Assembly: GCA_038134595.1 (NCBI GenBank)
Contig: JAYPVM010000005.1
Location: 141,336 to 205,335 of the forward strand
Source: Pseudomonadota bacterium
GTDB taxonomy: Bacteria; Bdellovibrionota_C; UBA2361; OMII01
Length of the DNA stretch: 64,000 bases
Reading direction: 5' to 3'
Shown: positions 1 through 8,343 of the stretch, in pieces
Layout: each line of letters starts with the position of its first letter
How positions within the stretch are numbered: position 1 is the first letter of the stretch
The notes under the pieces: model-generated
What the model was told of the DNA's origin: nothing
Database searches by the model: none
Seen by the model: the letters and a program-made list of their open reading frames with translations, nothing else
Translations under genes and position numbers: made by a program

Positions 1-578
1 CAATACTCATTCCCAGTATTATAACGAGCCTCGCTTTCTACTTCGTAAAAACGTCTAGCAACTCTACTCTGTTTCGAGAAAATACTAGATTAGTTCGATT
101 CATTAACCACCAACAGGTCGACGATGGGTCCGCATCGAGTCGGCTGCAAGCCCTGCTAGACAGTCTCCATCTTATTGAACAGGCACCCATTATAGGCCAC
201 GGAACTGGCTATGCTAGAACAATGAAGGAGCTTCCCCATAATCTTTATCTTCAGCAATGGGTCAATAACGGAGTACTTGGTGTATTATTCTACGTGGGAT
301 TCCTCGTAAGTTTATTTATCACATTTTCTTTTCGTGCTTATCCGGCCGGTCAAGCCCTTACTATTGTGGCGATAACTGGGAGCATCTTTAGCCATAACCT
401 CTTGGATCAGCGCCCTTTTCTTATTCTCATTGGGCTTGCGCTCGGCTACTCATTACAGAATTTAGCAGTGATAGATATTGGTCTGTTGCGTCCTCAACGT
501 GATACCGAGCCAGCATCTCCGGAGAACCAGCAGTGTTTCTCTCCCTACGAAGCGCAGAAATTATGGCTTCTGCCATAA
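1..578 (+). CDS. O-antigen ligase/polymerase (Wzy_C) family membrane protein, 5'-truncated by window edge
   Basis: Frame is open from position 3 (ILIPSIITSLAFYFVK...SASSRLQALLDSLHLIEQAPIIGHGTG...PHNLYLQQWVNNGVLG). The R...P-x-x-G-x-G...HNxYL...G-x-x-G pattern followed by hydrophobic helices is typical of WaaL/Wzy-like proteins. Confidence 0.75.
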   Translation, partial: ILIPSIITSLAFYFVKTSSNSTLFRENTRLVRFINHQQVDDGSASSRLQALLDSLHLIEQAPIIGHGTGYARTMKELPHNLYLQQWVNNGVLGVLFYVGFLVSLFITFSFRAYPAGQALTIVAITGSIFSHNLLDQRPFLILIGLALGYSLQNLAVIDIGLLRPQRDTEPASPENQQCFSPYEAQKLWLLP

Positions 579-1548
579 CCTTAATTTGTCCCACCGGCAC
601 AAGGTGCCCCAATAGACCATCTTTCAATAATTCGCGAACTCCGCCTGGTGAATCGGTGGCTATCACAGGCACACCTAAGGAAAGTGCTTGAATTAAAACA
701 TTGGGAAGCCCTTCGTAATGAGAGGCAAGGACAAAAAGATCAGAATGCCTCATGAATGAAAAGGGGTTGGATTGAAACCCAACAAGCGCGACATTTTCAA
801 CAAGACCCCTCGTTGCAACGAATTCCTCAATCCGCTTTCGGTCATCACCTTCGCCAACAATCACTAGACGGGCAGGCCTTTTTTTAACTACATAAGAGAA
901 AGCTTTTACCAAATCATACATCCCTTTGTGCGGTTTAAGCCTTCCTACGCTAACAATGATAGGAATCTTTTTATCACGAAACCATGGATGATCAGGAACC
1001 TCTCCTGCCTGATCGAATATTGCTGAAAACAAAACCGGTGTTGGGATCACCTTGATCAATGAAGCTAAGTGAGGTTTCATCGTTACTAAATCGTCTCTTA
1101 CCGATTCTGAAACGGCGATAATAGCATCAGCCCACGAATACACGTACGGAATCAACCGGCCTACCCATTTTGCCCCAGACGACTCCTTGTATTCCGAAAG
1201 GGGGGTATTCGACTGCCTTATTATGACCGGCATATCAACACCAGAAATTACCTTAGCAATAAGCGCTCCGAGATTGGCGTGAGAAATCGTGCTAAACAAT
1301 GCTACTGGGCGTCTGCTGACAATATATCTCCTTAGTGGTAAAACTGTTTTTACCATCCGTGTTGCGCCTAGGTCGACAATAGACAAGCTATCTGGCAGCA
1401 TGTTCCTCCACGCCCCCTCTAGGCTACCAACCACAACCTCAACGTTTATGCTCCGTTTTGTGAGTTCCTCGGCGAATATCAACATGGCCCGTTCCGCACC
1501 ACCGCCATGAACGCTGGGAATGAAGATAGCAATCGGATGCTTAGTCAT
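427..1548 (-). CDS. Glycosyltransferase family 4 (GT-B)
   Basis: N-terminal GGAER, VGRL..HKG, and the GT4 motif DLFVLASHYEGLPNVLIQAL...PVIATD..GG..E. Confidence 0.92.
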   Translation of the reverse strand: MTKHPIAIFIPSVHGGGAERAMLIFAEELTKRSINVEVVVGSLEGAWRNMLPDSLSIVDLGATRMVKTVLPLRRYIVSRRPVALFSTISHANLGALIAKVISGVDMPVIIRQSNTPLSEYKESSGAKWVGRLIPYVYSWADAIIAVSESVRDDLVTMKPHLASLIKVIPTPVLFSAIFDQAGEVPDHPWFRDKKIPIIVSVGRLKPHKGMYDLVKAFSYVVKKRPARLVIVGEGDDRKRIEEFVATRGLVENVALVGFQSNPFSFMRHSDLFVLASHYEGLPNVLIQALSLGVPVIATDSPGGVRELLKDGLLGHLVPVGQIKVMAEAIISALRRERNTAGSPEMLARYHVEDATDQYLSLLNSVMSSRAQAQ

Positions 1549-1764
1549 AATATTTTAGTTAAAGGCACGATTGAGAAAAACAACACTGAGATCTCTTTGT
1601 GTACTTCTGTAATATTCACAGAAGTCGGACCAAAAGCCGCGGTGATAGTTTACAGCACGTCATCGTGATAAATACGATTAGTTTTAAGATTTTATTGCGC
1701 CGCTTTCGCGTGCCGTGACGATCTTATGCACACAGAGAGCAACACATCCCCCTTTTTAGAGGTG

Positions 1765-1794
1765 CTTTTGCGCAGAGCAAGTTCTGCGCAAAAG
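1765..1794. repeat. Perfect 12-bp inverted repeat (hairpin or operator)
   Basis: CTTTTGCGCAGA-gcaagt-TCTGCGCAAAAG lies between the epimerase stop and the GT4 start. Confidence 0.6.
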
Positions 1795-1882
1795 AGTCCC
1801 TCTATCAAGAAAGAAAGCTACAATGTAGCAAACACTACTGGATTATGATGTGATGGGGCTCTGGTGCTCCATCTTCACTTAT

Positions 1883-2803
1883 TTATTTTTTTGACTGATA
1901 CCAGGCAAGGGTCTGCTCAAGCCCCTCTTCAAGTTCAACGGTAGGTCTCCAGCCAAGAACTTGCGCCGCCAGTGAATTATCAATCACACTCCGCATCTGC
2001 TCTCCAGCTCGACCGGGCCCAAAGCTTACCTTTGCCTCCGGATTGATTCGTTCCCGGAGCTCATTAGCGAGAAAGACCACCGATGTTTCCTTCGCTGTAC
2101 CGATGTTAAACTCGCCAACTACACGCTTTTCAACCGAAAGACCCACGGCTTCAGCGACATCCCCTACGAATACAAAATCCCTGGTCTGTTCCCCAGTTCC
2201 ATTAACGACAATATCATTACCTGCAAGAAGCCGTTCGCAGTATATGGCGATTACCCCTGCTTCTCCGTGAGGATTCTGCCGTGGGCCATATACATTTGAA
2301 AGCCTGAGAGACGTATATGACAACCCCCAAGCTCGCGCACAAAACTCGAGATACATCTCCCCCACTCGCTTGGACAATCCATAGATGCTCTCCGGTAAAA
2401 TAGGGTGAGATTCCGGCGCAGGATATACCTGTTGCTCGCCGTAGCAAGCTCCCCCAGAAGAGAGGAATACACACTGGGCACCTGACGTACGGGAGAGAGG
2501 ATGGAGCAAATTAACAAGCCCGGTTACATTCACATCAGTATCGAGCGTTGGTTTCTCCATACTAATTCGCACTGAGATCTGGGCAGCTGCATGTACTAAA
2601 ATATTCGGTTGAAACTCACTGATAAAGGAAGCCGCCTCAGGGGAGCGTATATCTAATTGATGTAATGTTACACTGCTGGGAATATTTTCGGTGCTACCAC
2701 TTGAAAGGTCATCAAGAACATGGACTTCGTTACCCGGCAAGAGCCTGTCAACAATGTGAGACCCAATAAAACCCGCTCCACCGGTCACAACTATCTTAGC
2801 CAT
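1883..2803 (-). CDS. NAD-dependent epimerase/dehydratase (UDP-glucose 4-epimerase-like, extended SDR)
   Basis: TGGAGFIGSH Rossmann motif, catalytic YGLSK (YxxxK), NVYGPRQ, and TRDFVFVGD. Confidence 0.93.
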   Translation of the reverse strand: MAKIVVTGGAGFIGSHIVDRLLPGNEVHVLDDLSSGSTENIPSSVTLHQLDIRSPEAASFISEFQPNILVHAAAQISVRISMEKPTLDTDVNVTGLVNLLHPLSRTSGAQCVFLSSGGACYGEQQVYPAPESHPILPESIYGLSKRVGEMYLEFCARAWGLSYTSLRLSNVYGPRQNPHGEAGVIAIYCERLLAGNDIVVNGTGEQTRDFVFVGDVAEAVGLSVEKRVVGEFNIGTAKETSVVFLANELRERINPEAKVSFGPGRAGEQMRSVIDNSLAAQVLGWRPTVELEEGLEQTLAWYQSKK

Positions 2804-3297
2804 AGGCTGTTTCTCCTTCCTTCTTCCTCAATAATTTTTACCACTCATACGTCTGCATTTTTCGTCTACCTCGCTACTCTACAACGTTCGCCTCTACCTT
2901 TAAATAACTATTCGAACGCTTCTCTGATAAGTCATGCTCAACGTAGCGATAAGGCGAGATTTATAAAAGAGTTTCTAAAATCCTCTCAGCAAACGACCAT
3001 TCGAACGTCGTTAACAACAATATTTTTCGTGCCGCATCGCTATCTCTCCTAACAAAGTGGCGTAGCAACTAGTTTGAAAGAGCGATACAAAGCCCCATCC
3101 AAAAGAAGCACCTCATCGCCACGATGCAAGTAACATCCTTGGCCAGTCCAGAGTACTCCCACGGGGTTTTCGCAATGAGACAATTCTTAGGGAACCAAGC
3201 CTTTGTACAGTTAGCAATTTTGCCGGGTTAACAACGACGACCGCTAATAGGCAAAAACATAGGATAGCGGTAAGTATTTGATAATAGGGATGGAATA

Positions 3298-3371
3298 TGC
3301 GCCCTGAGGGATTCGAACCCCCGACCCTCTGGTTCGAAGCCAGATGCTCTATCCAACTGAGCTAAAGGCGC
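3298..3371 (-). tRNA. tRNA-Arg (anticodon UCG), CCA not encoded
   Basis: Minus strand reads GCGCCTTTAGCTCAGTTGGATAGAGCATCTGGCTTCGAACCAGAGGGTCGGGGGTTCGAATCCCTCAGGGCGCA. It forms a full cloverleaf with anticodon loop CT-TCG-AA, T-loop TTCGAAT, and A20 in the D-loop. Confidence 0.95.
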
Positions 3372-3673
3372 ACAGGAAGTGGACAAGAGACTACACTATT
3401 TTGTGTCGGCTCGTAAAGACTCCTCTCCTATGTGAAACCCGGCAGGGGGGATTTCGAACTTTAGCTCCTACTCCGCATCTTATTTTATAACCTATTACCC
3501 TGTATCTACTAACTATTTCCACCCTTCTTTCCTTAACGTCACCCAAGATTCCCGCCAATCCTCGGTCGCCACTGATAGAGTTTGCCTAAATCGCTACCTT
3601 GTCGCTCGCAGGTCAAAAGACGTAACATATAGGCGTACAATTTCGATGCTATAGACGACAAGAATGAATTAGT

Positions 3674-6295
3674 ATGATCTCTCGACTTGTAAAGAAGATA
3701 CTGAGCCTACGATATTCGATATCAATAGACGGCCTTGAGAATATCAACTCACAACAAAGTGTACTCATCCTCCCAAATCATCCCGCCGAAATAGATCCCG
3801 TCATCATTACAACCTACTTATGGGATTTATTAAGACCCCGCCCAGTCGTATTGGAGACTATGTATGAATTGCCTGTTATTAAATCAGTGATGCAAAGGAT
3901 TAGAGCTATCCCCATGGCTGATATGGACTTTGAGTCTGGTCCTTATAAACGCAGGCGAATAATGAGAACGCTGGAACATATCGCGACAGCGCTTAACCAA
4001 GGTGACAACATCCTCATGTATCCCTCAGGAAGGCTCAGCGTTACTGGGGAGGAAAAACTCGGAGGTGCATCTGGAGTGCAAACCATCCTAAATTTGGCAC
4101 CTCAAACCAATGTGGCAGTGATTAAAATACACGGTTTATATGGCAGCATATTCTCCAAAGCTCCAAGTGGTGGAATCACTCCTGACATCTTCACAACATT
4201 CAAAAAGGCCGGTGCCATTTTACTGCAGAATCTACTTTTTTTCTCCCCAAGGCGCACAGTATCTATCGAAATTACGTTTAACCCACCAGAATTTCCTCGC
4301 TATGGAGATACACTCACAATCAACAAATATCTCGAAGGTATCTACAACAGCCCAATACCTGAAAAAGCAACTGCTGTACCGTACAGCTTTATACGAAACA
4401 CACTACCAGAGTTTCCCTCATCTACCCATAGCGATAACTCCGTCGAAGACATCGATGAACAGATCTCCCAAAAAGTATACGCTTACATCGCTCACATCGC
4501 GAACACATCTCGAGAAGATCTCTCGCCACAAACGCTACTCGGCGAGGAACTAGGTATCGACTCTCTATCTATGGCTGAACTTCTCGTATGGCTAGACAGG
4601 GAATTTGAGATACACGATGTTGCACTCCACGAATTAACATCGATAGCGTCGGTCTTACGGATTGCGGCTGGTAAAAACATAGGTGTTAAACCCCGACCGC
4701 AATACACGCCTCCACTTTCTTGGAGACAACCATCAGATTCACGGCCTCATCCTGACTTAGAGGGAGCTAAAACCATTGAGGAGGCTTTCTTAGTAGCATG
4801 TGCTCGTCACGGCAATCTTGTTGCAATGGGTGATGAAAAAAGTGGCATCTGCACCTGGGAGCAACTAAAGTCGAAAGTTATCTTTCTTGCCCGCTATATT
4901 GCAAGTATCCAAGATCAGCATATCGGCATTCTACTTCCGGCCTCTGTGGCAGGAACGGTTACAAGCATCGCGACAATGTTAGCGGGCAAAATTCCGGTCT
5001 TCCTAAATTGGACTGCGGGCAAGCAGGCTCTATTGCATGCCTGTGAAGCAACGCAATTAAAAACGATACTTACCTCCGAATCTTTTTTAGATATCGTTAC
5101 CAGCGATCTGCACTTCTTGGAGTCGCGTTTTGTAATGCTTGAAGATATTAGAGACAACGCCTCGTGGCGCGAAAAATTAAAAAGTCATCGCCTCTCAAAA
5201 GAAAGTTTGTCTCAAATACTTAGAGCTTTCGGGAGTGATAAGCGTAAATCCTCTGACACTGCCGCCATGCTTTTTACAAGTGGCTCGGAAGCGCTTCCGA
5301 AAGGTGTGCCACTTTCACACAATAACATTCTATCTAACATTCGAGGTATCTTGCACGCCGTACAGATTTCCGAAAACGATATTCTTCTCGGGTTTCTACC
5401 TCCCTTTCATTCATTTGGACTGACAGTATGTTGCCTCCTTCCCCTCGTCACAGGGCTTCGGGTCGTCTATCACCCCAATCCAAATGAAAGTCGCAAGCTA
5501 GGAAGAGCAATTGAGTCTTGGGGATGTAGTGTCATAGCAGGAACTCCGACCTTTTTGCGTGCGATTTTAAAGTCGGGACCTATGGAGCAGTTTCGCTCTC
5601 TTCGAGCAATAGTGACAGGAGCAGAACGTGCCCCCAATGAGCTCTTTGAGCTGGCAGAATCGATAGATCCCAATCTTCACGTCCTCGAAGGTTACGGAAT
5701 AACAGAATGTGGCCCAGTAGTGAGCGTAGCGCGTCCTAGCGAACCACGCATTGGTGTTGGTCGACCGCTTAATGACACTTCAATCGCTGTCGTGCATCCA
5801 GAGAAATTCACACCGTGTGAGGAAGGAACCCAAGGATTAATTCTTATCAAAGGGCCGAGCGTTTTTTCGGGCTACCTCGAGCGCTCAATAGAGCCTTTCT
5901 TAGAATATGACAATTCTCACTGGTATAATTCAGGGGATTTAGGATTTCTCCAAGACGGATACCTCGTGATTACTGGGCGACTCAAGCGCTTCGTTAAGAT
6001 TGCCGGAGAGATGATCAGTTTAGGTGCTATTGAAGATGTTCTTCAAAAGCACCTCTATTCTCCAGATGGCTCCCCCACTGTAGCTGTCCTATCACAAGGC
6101 GTTGAAGGGGATAGTCGGCCAAAATTATTGGCTATTATTGCGGGAAATATGTCTCGAGACTCAGCACAAGAGATACTCAAATCAAGTGGCTTTCCAACAC
6201 TTGTTAATCTCTCTTCCGTACACCACGTTACAACATTACCACTGCTAGGTAGCGGTAAGATCGACTACCAATCACTCAAACACGATTACGCATGA
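3674..6295 (+). CDS. Aas-like fusion: PlsC-type acyltransferase + acyl-carrier (PP-binding) domain + AMP-dependent acyl ligase
   Basis: NHPAEID (HxxxxD) and YPSGR acyltransferase motifs; LGIDSL phosphopantetheine site; FTSGSEALPKG, EGYGITE, YNSGDLG, GRLKRFVKIAGE and GKIDY adenylation motifs. Confidence 0.88.
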   Translation: MISRLVKKILSLRYSISIDGLENINSQQSVLILPNHPAEIDPVIITTYLWDLLRPRPVVLETMYELPVIKSVMQRIRAIPMADMDFESGPYKRRRIMRTLEHIATALNQGDNILMYPSGRLSVTGEEKLGGASGVQTILNLAPQTNVAVIKIHGLYGSIFSKAPSGGITPDIFTTFKKAGAILLQNLLFFSPRRTVSIEITFNPPEFPRYGDTLTINKYLEGIYNSPIPEKATAVPYSFIRNTLPEFPSSTHSDNSVEDIDEQISQKVYAYIAHIANTSREDLSPQTLLGEELGIDSLSMAELLVWLDREFEIHDVALHELTSIASVLRIAAGKNIGVKPRPQYTPPLSWRQPSDSRPHPDLEGAKTIEEAFLVACARHGNLVAMGDEKSGICTWEQLKSKVIFLARYIASIQDQHIGILLPASVAGTVTSIATMLAGKIPVFLNWTAGKQALLHACEATQLKTILTSESFLDIVTSDLHFLESRFVMLEDIRDNASWREKLKSHRLSKESLSQILRAFGSDKRKSSDTAAMLFTSGSEALPKGVPLSHNNILSNIRGILHAVQISENDILLGFLPPFHSFGLTVCCLLPLVTGLRVVYHPNPNESRKLGRAIESWGCSVIAGTPTFLRAILKSGPMEQFRSLRAIVTGAERAPNELFELAESIDPNLHVLEGYGITECGPVVSVARPSEPRIGVGRPLNDTSIAVVHPEKFTPCEEGTQGLILIKGPSVFSGYLERSIEPFLEYDNSHWYNSGDLGFLQDGYLVITGRLKRFVKIAGEMISLGAIEDVLQKHLYSPDGSPTVAVLSQGVEGDSRPKLLAIIAGNMSRDSAQEILKSSGFPTLVNLSSVHHVTTLPLLGSGKIDYQSLKHDYA

Positions 6296-6305
6296 GAGAT
6301 TTAGC

Positions 6306-7688
6306 ATGAGCGCTCGCATCACATTTTTAGGAGCAGCGGGGACGGTTACAGGCTCTACCTACCTCGTAGAGCACAACGATATTCAGATATTAGTCGATTG
6401 CGGACTATTCCAAGGCCCACGGATTTGGCGAGAACGCAATTGGGCCCATCCAGCCTTCGATCCGACAAAAATATCCTCCGTAATTCTAACCCACGCTCAC
6501 ATCGACCATATTGGTATGCTTCCCCGCTATTTCTCGAAGGGTCTAACGTGCCCTGTTTTTGCCTCTCCAGCGACAGCTGAATTGGCTCCCTTGCTACTTG
6601 CCGATAGCGGAAGACTGCATGAAGAGGAAGCCTTGTATCGCACGCAACACGGAAAGTCGCGACACTCACCTCCTCTGCCGCTCTATACTGAGGATGATGC
6701 ACGAAAAGCCTCGAAGCTAATCCGTTCGGTGCCAATTAACCAACAAGTCACCGTTTCGCCAAATATCACGGCAGAATGGAAACCGATGGGACACATTCTT
6801 GGTGCCTGCTCAATTCAGCTACGAATCGACTCAAAGCTCATCACATTTTCCGGAGATATCGGAAGATACGATCAACCTATCCTTGTTGACCCACAACCCC
6901 AGACTCTAGGCGATCTACTTCTCATAGAATCGACCTACGGCGATAGATACCACAATTCGTCAACACACCCACGCGATGGCCTACAACGGGTTATTACAAA
7001 AACCGCAAACCGTGGTGGTGTTATAGTAATACCAAGTTTCGCTGTAGGCCGAACCCAAACTCTTCTCTATTACATCCGAGAGTTGAAGGCGGCTAAAGTG
7101 ATTCCCGACATCCCTGTGATCATTGATAGCCCTATGGCCCGGGATGCAACTTCCATCTATCAGCGACATACCTCTGAGTATGACAGCCAAGCAAGTGAAT
7201 TATTAAGTCGCGGCTTTTCCCCATTTACCCCCACAAAGATGCATTTTATCAGAGACCGAAACGAATCCATCGCTCTTAACAAAATAGACCAGCCAATGAT
7301 CTTGATCTCAGCAAGTGGCATGCTAAGCGGTGGTCGCATATTACACCATCTAAAACACCGAATAGGCGATCCCCGGAATACGATTTTATTCGTCGGATAT
7401 CAGCCTCCCGGATCTCGCGGCGACTGGATCCTGCAGGGCAATAAATCAGTGCGGCTCTTTGGAGATGAATTTCCAATACGAGCAGAAGTTGCAGAAATCA
7501 GCGGATTGAGCGCTCACGCTGACCTAGAAGAATTGATACGATGGTGCAAATCGTGCAATGGCTCCCCCACAAAGGTCGCTATCACGCACGGCGAGCCCAG
7601 CTCTGCTCGTCACTTTGAAAAAGTCCTCCAAGAGGAGCTATCGTGGAATACCGCCGTGGCGAGCTATCTAGGTTCTGTCACGGTGTAG
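6306..7688 (+). CDS. MBL-fold beta-CASP metallo-hydrolase (putative ribonuclease)
   Basis: FLGAAGTVTGS, LTHAHIDHIG (HxHxDH), GHILG, ESTYG, FAVGRTQ, SAHAD and THGE motifs. Confidence 0.92.
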   Translation: MSARITFLGAAGTVTGSTYLVEHNDIQILVDCGLFQGPRIWRERNWAHPAFDPTKISSVILTHAHIDHIGMLPRYFSKGLTCPVFASPATAELAPLLLADSGRLHEEEALYRTQHGKSRHSPPLPLYTEDDARKASKLIRSVPINQQVTVSPNITAEWKPMGHILGACSIQLRIDSKLITFSGDIGRYDQPILVDPQPQTLGDLLLIESTYGDRYHNSSTHPRDGLQRVITKTANRGGVIVIPSFAVGRTQTLLYYIRELKAAKVIPDIPVIIDSPMARDATSIYQRHTSEYDSQASELLSRGFSPFTPTKMHFIRDRNESIALNKIDQPMILISASGMLSGGRILHHLKHRIGDPRNTILFVGYQPPGSRGDWILQGNKSVRLFGDEFPIRAEVAEISGLSAHADLEELIRWCKSCNGSPTKVAITHGEPSSARHFEKVLQEELSWNTAVASYLGSVTV

Positions 7689-7730
7689 TTAAGTTCATCG
7701 CACCAGCAGATTCTACCTGCGGCATAAATT

Positions 7731-8297
7731 CTATACCAAGACCTCACAAATCCGCTTGAACACCTCGTCTATAGAGCCGACCCCATCTACCTCTGATAAA
7801 ATTCCTTCAGCGGCATAGAATTTGGCAACAGGCGCTGTCTGCTCTAAATACACCTGATATCGATGGGACGCAACTTCAGCCGAATCGTCACTTCTCGAAG
7901 AGTCACCTTGAGCACTCCGTCCCTGAATCCTCTCCAGAAGAACCTCTTCTGGAACAACAATCTGCACAACATGAGACACCATCCGACCACTTTGACTGAG
8001 AACAGTCCGAAGAATCTCCGCTTGCTTTGTAGTGCGTGGCACACCATCGAGTAAAAAACCTTGAGCACAATCCTCCTTGCCAATCCGATCGGCAACCAAC
8101 TCCATAACCACCTCATCGGAGACAAGCCCACCAGAATCCAGAATGCCCTGAACCTTAAGACCCAGCGGTGTTTTGGCCGCGACATGCTCTCTGAAGATAT
8201 TTCCTGTCGAAATATGCGGCACACCAAATTTTTCAACTATGAGATCGGCCTGCGTTCCCTTTCCTGCACCCGGAGGACCCAAAAGTACTACTCTCAT
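7731..8297 (-). CDS. adk: Adenylate kinase (short-LID type)
   Basis: GPPGAGKGT P-loop, HISTG, GFLLDG.PR and RSDD; follows secY. Confidence 0.96.
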   Translation of the reverse strand: MRVVLLGPPGAGKGTQADLIVEKFGVPHISTGNIFREHVAAKTPLGLKVQGILDSGGLVSDEVVMELVADRIGKEDCAQGFLLDGVPRTTKQAEILRTVLSQSGRMVSHVVQIVVPEEVLLERIQGRSAQGDSSRSDDSAEVASHRYQVYLEQTAPVAKFYAAEGILSEVDGVGSIDEVFKRICEVLV

Positions 8298-8343
8298 ATC
8301 AAGACACCTCCCTTCGTTATGTCTAGCTTACAATAATAAGACC

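Noticed and set aside
2720..3052. 110-aa plus-strand ORF overlapping the epimerase start
   Set aside because: It overlaps a real gene in antisense and its composition is not protein-like.
3441..3460. GGCAGGGGGGATTTCGAACT, resembling a reverse-complemented tRNA T-arm
   Set aside because: No cloverleaf can be built, and the match to the neighbouring tRNA is too poor for an att site.
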